From NCBI RefSeq assembly GCF_025526975.1, contig NW_026515684.1:496001-560000 (forward strand): a DNA stretch of 64,000 nt. Direction: 5' to 3'. Shown here piece by piece: positions 47,447 to 59,459 of this stretch. The translations under genes and the position numbers were made by a program. This DNA is from Fimicolochytrium jonesii. Taxonomy: Eukaryota. Under the pieces are notes generated by a model that was not told the DNA's origin, searched no databases, and worked only from the letters and a program-made list of their open reading frames with translations. Every line of letters starts with the position of its first letter. Within the stretch, counting starts at the first letter, position 1.

Positions 47447-50120
47447 ATGGCCTCCACCGCACCCGCAGCATCAGCAGCCTCCCGCTTCTCCAAAGACGCT
47501 ACCTGGAAGACCGTCCTGGCCGTCACCGTCGCGGGTGTCGTCGTCGGCGCAGGTGCATGGTACCTGCTCTCCCAGCGCCCGTCGGAGAACAGCAAGAAGG
47601 CACAACCGACTCCGAAGAAGCCGTCGTCTTCTACGGGAGCGTCGAATCTGAAGCGCAAGACGAAGAGTAAAACGACGTTGGTGGAGAAGAAGAATGTAAC
47701 GGTCGCTGAGGCTGCGGCTCCTAGTTGTAAGTAGGAGGGAGGGATGGCAGATCAGCGTGGATGATGGAGCGGTTGATAGAGTGTGACGGCGAGAAGACTA
47801 CGTCATGTTCCAATCAAGGAGAAGAGGTCTGAGAGTGTCAGCGGAGCGGTGGGGGCTCACTAGCAAGCGACACGAAGCCGGCTGGGCCGTATGCGCAAGG
47901 ATGCTTGGGGATGGCAGGTGTGGGCCTGTGAGCGCTAGAGGGCTACGTTCCACTCGTTTCTTAGTAGAAGCTCCCGCACATGGCCGGACATTGTCCCTCT
48001 CGTCCCTCAATATCAGTGTCCTCAACGATGGTTCATTCTCCTTCTAGTGGATGACTTGACACCGGCAGAGGCCGCAACAGTTGCGCCCGCCGAAACCGTC
48101 GAAGGCGTCCAAGCCTACCCGCAGAACCTGTTCCCCGCCAATCCAGACGCCCTCTCCGAAAAGGTTAGTCCGCACATGCAGCCAATCTGACGGACTGTAG
48201 TAGTGACTCTCTTCTCAATAGGAACGAGCAGACCTAGCCAAATCCGCAAAGACACTGGGCAACAAGTACTACGGCGAGAAGAAGTACCAGGAGGCGATCG
48301 ATCTGTACAGCCAGGCGATCGTGTTGCAGCCTGATGCTGTTTTCTATAGCAATAGGGCTGCGTGTTATGCTAACCTCGTAAGCAGCCGTGGAGACTCTGT
48401 TGGGATGCTCTGGTACTAACACACTTGGGAAATAGAATGACTACGATAATGTCATCAATGACTGCACGGAAGGTGGGTTGATACACCGGGCTCCCTTTCT
48501 CCCCAACGGCATGCGGATTGACGCTCTTCTTACCCTTATCAGCATTGAAACTGGACAACCAGTACCTGAAAGCGCTTAACCGCCGCGCCCAGGCCTACGA
48601 GAGCCAGGAAAAGTGGTCAGAGTCTCTCAACGGTATGCTATCAGCGTCTGAACTTGGCCCGAAGGTTACAGACGCTGACACCCGATCACCCGCACAGACT
48701 ACACAGTGATGTGCGTCCTCGAAGAGTTCAAGAACGAAAGCGTCCTCGGCTCCTGCGACCGCATCCTCAAAAACTTTGCGCAATCCAAAGCGCAAGAGCA
48801 GATCAAAAACAAGGTTCCCCGCCTCCCCTCCGACACCTTCATCACCGCCTTCATGGACTCCTTCCGTCTCACCAGCAAAGGCGCGAAAACCATCGTGCAG
48901 CACAAAGCCGAAAAGCCGGGCGACAAGCTGGTCAAGAAGGCGTTCCAGGGAATCATTGACCATAAGTGGGACGAGGCGCAGACGGCGACGGTGGAGGCGG
49001 TTGAGAGCGGGGAGCTGAGCGCGTTTTGGGAGCCGTTGGCGTATAATCTGAGGGCGACTTTTGGGTTTTTGAGGGGTGATGGTTAGTACGCCGAAACGCT
49101 GGATATACCCAACTCCGTCCTGATGTTCCTAATGATCTTTTTCATTTCCTTCAACAGTGGACCTGGCAATGACGGACCTAGAGAAATCGCTAGAAGCCGA
49201 CCCGAAGAACGTCAACACGATCATCAAGCGCGCGTCGATCTACATGGAGCGCGCGGAGGTCGAGAAGGCGATCGAGGAGTATAACCGCGCCATTGAGCTG
49301 GATCCGAGGGATCCTGATGTCTACTACCACAGGGGTGTGTACTTGTTTTCGTGGTTGTGGTGGGTGGTGGTGTGAACGAGGCTCTCGAAGAATGCTGAAC
49401 TCCTCCCCCTCCGAAATCCAGGCCAAATCCGCGTCCTAACCAACGACAACCAAGGCGCCATCGACGACTACAAAAAGTCGATCTCCCTCGACAGCGATTT
49501 CGTCTATGCGCACATCCAGCTAGGTGTGGCGCAGTACAAGCTCGGCGATGTTGGGGGCGCCCAGACGACGTTTGAGAAGGCGAGGAGGAAGTTCAAGAAC
49601 TCGCCCGAGGTGTATAACTACAATGGAGAGATTCTGTTGGATACGCAGCAGTATGAGGAGGCGTTGAAGAATTTCGATAAGGCGTTGGGGATTGCGCCCA
49701 ATTCGCCTTTGCCTTATATCAACAAGGGTAAGGGGATGAGAGAGAGAGAGAGAGACAAGAGAGCGCCATCAGCTGACTGTTCGGCCGTTCGTCTCTGTCT
49801 ATGAATTTTTTGTAGCCATTTTGTACCTGCAATGGAAACAAGACGCGACGACCGCCGAAATCGAATGCCGCAAAGCGATCGCGGTCGACCCGTACTGCGA
49901 CATTGCGTACGCGCAACTCGCGCAGTTGCTGCTGCACCAAGGCAAATTCAGCGACTCGCTGGACGCGTACGACAAAGCGGCGGCGTTGGCGCGGACGGAG
50001 CCTGAGCTTGCGAACGCGTTGGCGTTGAGGGAGGCTGCGGCGGCGCAGTTGCATGTTGCGACGTATTATCCGGAGGTCATTGCAAGGTTGAGGGGGGGTG
50101 CCGGGTTCGGGGTTGAGTAA
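47447..50120 (+). CDS. TOM70: Mitochondrial import receptor Tom70 (N-terminal anchor plus TPRs, multi-exon)
   Basis: Transmembrane segment [19 protein letters not shown] followed by a Lys-rich stretch. TPRs KTLGNKYY...AIDLYSQAI...[45 protein letters not shown] and [12 protein letters not shown]. Confidence 0.95.
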
Positions 50121-50535
50121 GGGATGCTGTCATATGCGACCCGATTTCAACCGATCCCAACGCCATCATCACCCACACATATGAAACCGATCCGCACCCG
50201 CACATATCTTCATTTTCCCGACACCCGCCCGAAAAGAGACGGGCCGCCGACAGAGGGAAGAAATGGAACACTTTCGCCGTCGGTCCCGTAGTTCACCACC
50301 ACAACCCACCAATGTCCGATCCACTTGCCCATCATCGTCTCCCGCTCGCATATATCACGGCTTTGTTGAGTGAGTAGTAATACATAGTCATTATCCAACC
50401 CCTTCATTTCACCAGACGAGGGGTGCGGGTTGTATGTATGTAGTTGTTGTGGGTTTCTTCCTCCTTTTTTTATATTTCATGTTATTGGTAATATGTACAT
50501 CTTCATTTCGATCCTATGGGAGTTAGCGATGCGGG

Positions 50536-50542
50536 TGACTCA
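50536..50542 (+). promoter_or_regulatory. Candidate Gcn4/AP-1 site upstream of SNZ1
   Basis: Perfect TGACTCA about 200 bp upstream of ATG 50741. Confidence 0.4.
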
Positions 50543-50740
50543 TTCGACTCCCTCCCCAATGGAGGGCGCGCGTGATCTTCCTAGTGTGTGTATTATTCAT
50601 CCGCGTCGCATTGCATTCATTTGGGGAAGATCTGATCTGCTTGCCCATCAACACAGAAAAAGGACAACAACCAGCAACCCCCCCCCTTCCGACAACAAAC
50701 CCACGTTCCCACACCCCCCCCTTCCAACAGCACGCAAAAC

Positions 50741-52225
50741 ATGTCCTTCAACACTCCCTCCAACCTCGTCCCAAAGCAGAACGGCACAGCCAACGGCCAC
50801 GGCCACGCCGCTGACGCCTCGTTTGTCGTCAAGGCTGGGTTGGCCCAGAACTTGAAGGTGAGAACACTCGAACGAACAACACTGGTGTGGTGGAGTCATT
50901 GGACGAGAGGTGGAGAGGGCAGGGTGGAATGGGGAGGGAGAGGAGAGGAGGCGGGGAGGAATGGGAGCTATGCATTGGGGAGACGGGTGTTATTCCGGAG
51001 TTTATTGGATGGGTGGCTTTGTACGATTGGAGAAAGCAATTTGGACAATGCTGCAGGCATGTAGGTGGAGGGTTGGTATGTGGGTTGTGGAGGGGAGGGT
51101 GTAGTCGAGGGGTTTTATAGGGGTTGGAGTTGGGGATGCGGAAGAATGGAGTCTGGGCATTCTTCGCTCAGTCGAGGGAGGATTCTTTCTTTGGGTTGCA
51201 GGGGGTGCCACTGCTTCGGCAGCCACATGGTTGCCCCACATGTGTGGGAACTCCCAGATCGTGCTTTGGAAACCGGGATGGTGGTGTTAACCGAAAATGA
51301 TTCCATTCCTTAGGGAGGAGTGATCATGGACGTTGTGAATGCCGAGCAAGCACGCATAGCAGAGGAAGCCGGAGCATGCGCCGTCATGGCCCTCGAGCGT
51401 GTTCCCGCCGACATCCGCAAAGACGGCGGCGTAGCCCGCATGTCGGACCCCAAGATGATCAAAGAGATCATTGCAGCAGTCACCATCCCTGTCATGGCCA
51501 AAGTCCGGATTGGCCACTTTGTCGAAGCCCAGATCCTCGAACACCTCAACGTCGACTACATCGACGAGTCGGAGGTCCTGACCCCCGCCGACGAGCAGCA
51601 CCACATCGACAAATCCAAGTTCAAGGTCCCCTACGTCTGCGGCGCCAAGAACCTCGGCGAGGCATTGCGCCGCATCAACGAGGGCGCGGCGATGATCCGC
51701 ACCAAAGGCGAGGCCGGCACCGGTAACGTCGTCGAGGCCGTCCGCCACGCTCGTCAACTCACCTCCGAGATCCGCCGCGTGCAGAACATGGCTGAGGAGG
51801 AGCTGTACGTCTACGCAAAGGACATCCAGGCGCCATTCCACCTCGTCAAGGAGACCGCACGACTCGGTCGTCTGCCCGTTGTCAACTTTGCCGCGGGAGG
51901 CGTCGCGACACCCGCTGACGCCGCCCTCATGATGCAGCTTGGCATGGACGGCGTGTTTGTCGGTTCGGGCATCTTCAAGTCTGGAAACCCCGCCCAGCGC
52001 GCAAAGGCGATCGTGCAGGCCGTCACCCACTACCAGGACCCCGCGGTGCTTGCGGCCGTTTCGGAAGACCTGGGAGAGCCGATGGTGGGTATTTCAAATG
52101 CCGAAAGAATTCTATGCCGAGGCGCGGAAACTAGGCTAACTAAGGGTCAATTCCCCCAAAACTAGGTCGGAATCAACTGCGATATCCTCCCCGAGGACCA
52201 GAAGTTTGCCAAGCGTGGTTGGTAA
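50741..52225 (+). CDS. SNZ1: Pyridoxal 5'-phosphate synthase subunit (introns 50858-51313 and about 52086-52165)
   Basis: [82 protein letters not shown] and C-terminal AKRGW-TAA. Confidence 0.98.
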
Positions 52226-52613
52226 ACAACACCATTCGTGGACATATCTTTGAAATCAACACCCTCGACTCGGATCCCTTAAAAGTCGATCAACACTTCA
52301 CAATCCGTAACATAGATACATAGCACCCCCGAACACCCCACGCACCAGCAAAACCATGTCCACATTTCCCCACTTATTTCTATTTGTAGTCCGTGCCATG
52401 CTCTGGTATCGTCTGTCACGTCCACATATTAATTTCTGCATAGAGAGATTATTCATTTGCTTGTTCTGCATGTCTTGCCCGCCCATTTTCGTTACACACT
52501 CCGATTAAGCGATCTCCAAGCGCAGCCCGTGCTTGCCCATGCGGTGCTTCACCGGACTGAATCACCTACCGTACCCTATGCAGGTCTGTCAAGAGGCTCA
52601 TCCCCGAAGCCGA

Positions 52614-55100
52614 TTACCATGACGGTCTGTCAACCATACGCCCCAAGCTCACCCTTCTCTGATATCTGACGGCGAGATAGAAGCCATTTTGCGGACTGAA
52701 CCCAATCCTGGCCATATACTTTACTTTGCTTGTATCGGTGGCTTTATCGTGCAGGATGGCTGAGTGAGGGCGGCGCGGGCGGAGCTTTGAACAGGGCGTT
52801 TTGCTGGGTAGACGTGCGACCAGAGCCGATGCACGGCTAGCCGATGAAACCCATCGATGGTGAGGTTTAACATGCACAGGGACATGCGAGAGAGTAAACC
52901 TTAAGAGGAGGTGAAAGCGTCTACCCTGCCGGTCCCTTCGCCGTTCTCCGCTGGCAGGGACCCCTCGCGCAAACGCAGAGCGCCGGTGAGGCCCATCTCC
53001 TCTTCCGATAAATATCCCTCGGACTCGGCACTCAATACCCACTTCCCAGACCTCAGGGCGAAACCCCCAACGGTCGCTCAGCGCCCTACGTTCTCCGCAG
53101 ACGGGCCCGTCTGGAATCTGCCTGCGCGTAGACGCAGAGGATCGACAGGTTTGAGGGATCGAACGTTTTTTCCCGTTGTATTGTGCTCTACCGGAATGGT
53201 GTACGGTTGTCTGTCACACACGCATAGTCAGTTCCGCGTTAGGCCCTTTGGTTCTTTGAGGAAGTATCATGAATGACTTTTGGAAGTTGAAGCAAGTCGT
53301 GGTACACCATACATCCCTTTTCTTCCTTTCGTTCCCATCGACAACTACCGCCGGCGGTGATGGGAAAACGAGGGAGAAAACATAACCAGTGTTCTTGTCC
53401 ATAGAAGGATAGGAGTTCATTGACCTGCCTAACTTCCTGTTGACGCCAAACGCGTCCGCAACGAGGCGCCAGGAAAACTGTCAGTGATTAGCGAATCGTG
53501 ATTAGCTAATCTTGACGCGTTCTCTCTCCGCGACCAGATTCCGAGCTGAACATGACCCATGTCCGACGAAATAAACGCTCGTTGTAAAGACCGAGGTCGA
53601 GTGATGAATCTCCTGTGCTTCCAGTATGTCCAGTACAACACAGCAGCGATTGCCAACGAGTTTGCGCATGTATATCTAGACACGACACAGTAGCTCCAAG
53701 TTCAAACGGCTACTGTTGGGCTTCACACCTTCGCATCCTTTTTCACACGCGTGCAGCTTGTTGGCACGATAAATGGACCGGATAATGGAGTAGATTCACT
53801 TCGTTAGGACGATCTGATTTGCGGCGTATGAACTTGGATGGGAACCCGTATGAACTTGGTTAGGTATTTGCGTAGAAAGTTATAAATCAGCATGTAAATA
53901 AGAAAAAGATGTGCGTATCAAAATATACTGCTCTATGTGAACTGAAAATGCGTTCAGGATAGCTCAAGAGAGGGGTTGGCTGCCAGGGCCTGGCGAATCA
54001 CAGCTAGGCGGTCACGGACAGGGCGCATGATGGCGGCACCTTTCACGAGGTCGGAGATGATACCCGCCTCCGTGGAGAGGTAGAGGTTTTGGACGCAGCC
54101 CACGAACACCGCCTTGCAGACATTGCCAGAATGTGCCGTCGGCTTCACAAGAAAGACCAAGGCCTTTTCTTTGAAGAAAAGGATCCACGGAACCTCAAGC
54201 TGATGCGTCCTGGCCAGCAGACTCACGGCGGTGTCCTGAGCACTCCGCGCCGATTTGCGGATTCTACTGATCGAGCTGGCCTGCTGTCGCTCCCCCAAGG
54301 CTCTCGCCCGAAAAGATCTCCTCGCCACGTGCTTCCTGAGTTGATTGGTCGCAAATCGTCCAGTCAACCAAACGAACGCTTTCCAGTCCACGGACCGCCT
54401 GGTGAGCGCTGCTGCCGGTCTCACCGTACTGAATCAGCATTCCTGGGTCTTCGAGGAGGTCCATCCAGCGGGACCATATCTGGCGATCTATGGCCTGCCT
54501 CCGAGTGCATCAAGCTACGGTTGGATCATCAAAGACACGTTAGGACCTGGAGCCAAAATCAATGACAAGACGATGAACATACCATTTCCTGAGCACGTCT
54601 AGTGCGTCATGGACAAAAACGGTCGTCGTGTCTAGAGACACGCCGATCTCTGCTCCAACACCTGCCACTCCATGGCTTTTCAGTCGAGCCAACGCTTCCT
54701 TCATCCGTTTCAAGGGCATGCCCACCAGCCCTTCGATCGGCTGCAATTTGCTGGTGTCGAACTCATTCCCCGCCAACGTGTTGCCCAGGATGTGATGGTA
54801 CAGGGTGATGCGGGCGGGTACGCCGCAGAGCATTATGCCGCTGGCATTCAGGGAATCCTCGTCCGCTTCGTCCAGGAGACCCTTGAGTTTACGCCGCTTC
54901 CGGGCTCCTTCGCTCTCGTCACTATCGCCACCAGAGTCTGCGCTTGCTGTGCGCTTGCGGCCTGACGTCCCTTCCAGTGCGGTCCCAGGGGCGGTCTTCA
55001 GAAAACGAGAAAAAACAAGAACTTCAGATTGACGCACATCATTCAACGTGCTTTGGAAGTGTTCACCTTTGTGATTGATGAATTCCTACCACATGAGGAA
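52614..55100 (-). pseudogene. Decayed coding or repeat island of unknown origin
   Basis: Protein-like minus-strand fragments (54540-55046 with an NLS-like RKRRKLK, 53954-54424) are interrupted by in-frame stops and frameshifts. No family recognised. Confidence 0.3.
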
Positions 55101-56658
55101 GGCATGTCATGCACTTTCCATCATCCACCAGACAGTTGGGAAGGTGGACTCACGAAATTACGCGTCCGTTGGTGGCATTTGGTGCCTCTCGAGCCACTCT
55201 GGAGCTGCGCTGCTGCGGAGGCGAGAAGCAGTGGACCTGGAAGGCTCGGGCGGACGAGGTGAGGGAGAAGGAGAAGGGTTTCCCACGGGTTTCCCACTCA
55301 ACATCGGTTGCAGTCGTCGCAGGCTCCTGGCTCCTCCGAAAACCGCCCGTTGCGTTTCTCCCGGAACTCTGAAGACACGCATTGAAGAAAGCTGCCCTCC
55401 TCCGCAAACACGGTGAGTGTGATGTCGCCCACATCCTTTATTTTCCACTGGGACAGGTGGACGTGCGCCTGGGTCAAGCCTGGGGGTGTCTGTCACGCAG
55501 GCGCTTTCGGTCCTTTGCTTTCTGGCTTCCTGCTTTGGCAGACCAGAAGCTTAGGCCCCTCCTATACTTCGTTTATAGGGGGATGGTGGGGTAGCCCATA
55601 TCAACGTGCATCTCCGACTTCGAGCCTCATCGGAGTTGTCAACTCGCGGTGGGGTAAGACTCGGCCCTGCTCTCTCCTGAAGTCTGGACTGCTATTGAGT
55701 CCCACTTGAACGGTCATACCTGAAAACTGAGCTGCAGATGTGGAGGGGATGACTGTTTTGCTCTTGGGTTCGCCCCACAGTATTGGAAGAGCAGGGGCCT
55801 CGGCCCACAATGTGTAATCCCAAATTGCACCGTTACTTCTCAAACAACATACTGACCGTGACTTCTACTCTTCTTTCTTTCCCTGGTTCGTGATTTTCAC
55901 CACTCTTCACATTCGGCTCGTATATGTCAACATGGTGCCGAGAGCGACGGCTTAAGGGAACATCTCACGGACGGATTTCACCACCCGCTACCCAAATCGG
56001 CTTAACCCAACACATCCCTCATCATCACTTCAAGTGCATCTACCACTCTAAACTCGGCAAATCGTCCTCTGTAGAGTCCTTAAACACGGTCAGCACCCGA
56101 CATGCCCCTCCAATGCCCGATAACTCGCCCCTCCATGCCTGCATCGCGCCTCGTTCGGAAGCGAATTGGAGAGAATGGTGTCCACCCTCCCTGTAGTGAA
56201 GAGCATCATCTGCCTTCTCTGTACGCTCTATTTCACTTACGGGTTTTCTCGCATGTACGTAGGCGACGTTGTTGGATGTTGGGGCAAATATATCACCGGA
56301 GTTGAGATTTTCTGCGTCCCTACAGACGGGTTGAACGATCTACGTCAACATACATTGTGGTAGTGCAACAGATATGGGCAATGAATACCGTTTATGCTTC
56401 TAGAGGACCATATATTCAACTGCATCGCACACCACAAAAACACCTTGCTGAGACTTGTTACGTTAAACTGACGCGCATCCGCCCGCCCGCAATATCCCAC
56501 TGGACGTACTGTAGATCTAGAGCGTGAAGGAGAGATGGAACCTATCTGCTGCCCTCAACCACTCCATGTATTATGCACTCTATAAAATGATCACAGGCCC
56601 TTGTTTTTCGGCCTTTGTTTTTAGTATCCCATTTTGCATGCCATAGAGGATTTAACGA

Positions 56659-56741
56659 GCACGGATGGCCGAGTTGGTCTAAGGCGTTGGTCTCAAGTTC
56701 CAATCTCGTAAGAGGCGCGAGTTCGAATCTCGCTTCGTGCA
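56659..56741 (+). tRNA. tRNA-Leu(CAA), intronless, long variable arm
   Basis: Acceptor stem GCACGGA/TTCGTGC plus discriminator A, A-box TGGCCGAGTTGG, anticodon loop CT-CAA-GT, variable arm CTC-GTAA-GAG and T-arm GCGAG-TTCGAAT-CTCGC. A TTTTT Pol III terminator follows at 56747-56751. Confidence 0.96.
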
Positions 56742-57203
56742 CAATCTTTTTGTCTCTCCAAATCGTCAGCCCCCCTCCACAATTTTGCTCTTTGGCGGCC
56801 CTTCTCAATAGATCATTCCTTCCATCAGCGAAAGACCTCTGCTGTAGAGGCTTCTTCGATCAATACCACCGATGACCAGAAATCCTATTTACAGACCATA
56901 CAAAACATACAAATTTACAACACCCCCATTCCCCTCTTCGCCCAATCGCACGCCAGCGCACAGCAGAAGCGAAACCAGAGAAACAAACGATCAAGAGAGT
57001 ACCTAAGAAACAAAAGGGGGTCGCTGCGAGGGAAGACGGGGGGAGGTGGGCACGCCGTCTGGGGAGTCTATGGGAGTGAAATGTGGCATACGCGGGTGTG
57101 GGAGGAGGCGCGAGGCAAGGGGAGGAGGGGACCAAAAACTGAAATGTGCAAGACGATAACGAGAGCGGTGTGCTGCTGCGGTGCTATAGACGAAGCGAAA
57201 CAT

Positions 57204-59459
57204 CTACGCGTGCTGAATGGCGTCCTGCCTTGCTGTGTCCGTTGTTCCGCTGGTTGTGGTGTCGATCACCTCCGCTGGAGCGGCAGCGGTCTCCGCCCCA
57301 CCCTCTGCACCCTCACCCCCGCTTCTCTCCACACCCAGAGACACAGCAGTCGCGGGTGAAACAGCCCCACCCGCAAACCTCTCCGCCAGCAACGGCGAAA
57401 TAAACAACGCCGCCGGTCCCCTCGACACACGCACGTTTGCCGATCGTCGTTGCCACGGTGGCATCACTGTTGTGCTGGGTGGTCGTCTTGATGTCGCTGT
57501 CTGTGTCCCCGTTTCACTCTGTTGCGCCGTATCAGGCGTAGATGAAGAAACAACCTGTGCATCCTCTCGGGCATTCGCAACACCACCCCCCTCCTCAGCC
57601 ATAGTAATATCCAACAACTCCAAATCGCCGGCATTGAACCCAAACCCAGCCGCGCGTTTCTCCCATTCGAGACGCACGTGTTCCGGGGTCGCGTCTTTTT
57701 TGCAGAGGGGGCATTGGGAGGATTGTTCTGTTAGCCATGGGTCTGTAGAAATATTCAACGAGATTGTCAATGAATGCGTGTACGTAAAAGGCAAAGAACA
57801 GATGATGGAGAACGTGGTAATACGCACCAATACACTCAGCATGGAAACAATGCCCGCACGGCAACTCTCTCAACGTCACGCCTTCCTCATACTCGTCCAG
57901 GCAGATCGCGCACGTGTCCGCTGAGACGCCACCGTCCACTGTATGCGCCGACCGGCCGGAGCGGACGGTTCGGATCGAGCGGATGGATTTGGCGCGGCGG
58001 GTCGAGGCGAGGGAGGGTTGGCGAAGGAGGGTGGGTGGGGATTCCGTGGTGTCGACGGCGTCCGTGAGGGGGTGGAGTGGTTCCGGGTCCGTAGTGGGAG
58101 TGGCGGGAGTGGGAGTAAGGGGCGGCTCAGCGGCTGGTGCGACCGCATTCCGTGCAACAGGCGGTGACACTTTTGTCACGTGTGGATCAACGATTTTCTC
58201 GTTGGTAGCCATCTTCTCCGCACCATCAAATTTCGCAGTGGCCCCACCACCCTTAGAATGAAACACCTTGATCGGGAACGTATCCACCACCCCCTGCGGC
58301 AGCGTATGCCTCCCATCCCTCCTCCCACCCACCATCCACCCAACACCCAATTCTTCATGCGCTCCAGTTCTCAACACGTCCCTGTACATCTGCAACCGCC
58401 GATGCGCGAGCCAGCAATGTACGGTGATGGTGAACGACGCGATGCATGCAAAGAGGACGGCGGCGGAGAGGAGGACGTATCGCCATACGCGATTGTTGAG
58501 GGGGTCTTCGATGACCATGGCTCGCATAAGTCTGTTGGCTCCGACGGGGCGTAGTGTTGAGTGGAGCATGTTGTAAATGGTATTGTCGATAGTGAGGATC
58601 GGGTACGCGGTGTTGTACTCCTTCGTGACGGGCGGGTCGGGGAGCAGGACGAAGAAGCCGCGGAGGTACGTGGAGGATTCAAGGTTGCGGATTCTGCGGG
58701 TGAGACTGCAGTTGGACTTTGGGGTCTCGTCGGAGGCGTTGATGAGTGCGATGAAGGTGTAGTTGGTGTTGGCGAGGGAGGGGTTAGGGTCGCAACCATT
58801 TCCAAAATCGCGCATGATGCCCTGTGAATGATCGGATGAAGTAGACGTCAGTTGATGGTTGATGGATGAAACGATACCTTGGAATTGATGGTTGATGGAT
58901 GATGGATGGTTGATGATTTAACGATACCCTGCTCGCTCCGCTCGCGACGAGGAGATTGGGCTGCGTGTGCTAAGCTCGCCGGCGCTCGCTAAGAACTGCA
59001 GTTAGGGGAAACATTGCGCCTTTGGCGCAATGGGAACTCGCTTCACTCGCGAAGGGGCGTTCGCTGTGGTCGACCTAGCGGTCTCCCAGACCGAACCATC
59101 CCGGCACCTCCCTTTCGCTCGTTGCAGACGGGCCACCATCGCTCGCTTCGCTCACGGCTCGCATAACATGGCTCGCGCCTCAAGCAAGTCCTCACTCCGT
59201 TCGGAACCCTCAAGTATTCTCCTCGCTCCGCTCGAAAACTCACCGCAACCCCGCCACTGATATCCCCACTATCAATCAACCTATCGACGCCATCGGGAAA
59301 CGACTGCTGAGTTCCATCAATCCTCCAAGCCGTAATATCGCTAACCGCCGGCTCATACTCCACGGGCACGACATAGATCGAGATGGCGTTCACCCCCCCG
59401 TAGTTAAGTGCTAGGAGAAGGGTGAAAACGAGCAAGAGGAAGATATGGCGGCCTGGCAT
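57204..59459 (-). CDS. PA-TM-RING-H2 E3 ubiquitin ligase (RNF13/GRAIL/RMR-like); introns 58822-59243 and about 57743-57827
   Basis: Signal peptide MPGRHIFLLLVFTLLLAL, PA-like ectodomain (GNGC...FIALIN...CSLTRRIRN), transmembrane segment VLLSAAVLFACIASFTITV and RING-H2 CAICLDEY...LPCGHCFHAECI|DPWL....QCPLCK. Confidence 0.92.
58851..59234. repeat. Intronic array of seven degenerate CTCGCTYCGCTCG motifs, a perfect hairpin and TGATGG repeats
   Basis: Copies start at 58932, 58975, 59037, 59108, 59142, 59191 and 59222. Hairpin CATTGCGCC-TTT-GGCGCAATG at 59012-59032. Confidence 0.75.

Noticed and set aside
51130..51260. TPP riboswitch in the SNZ1 intron
   Set aside because: GGGGTGC is present but the CTGAGA core and the downstream conserved elements are missing. 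Kept only as an unclassified structure.
53506..53688. HET-domain-like LFRRTWVM motif
   Set aside because: Lacks the QE and all other HET motifs, so the match is too weak.
58931..59234. CRISPR array
   Set aside because: Repeats are only 13-14 bp, degenerate and irregularly spaced, inside a eukaryotic intron with no cas genes.
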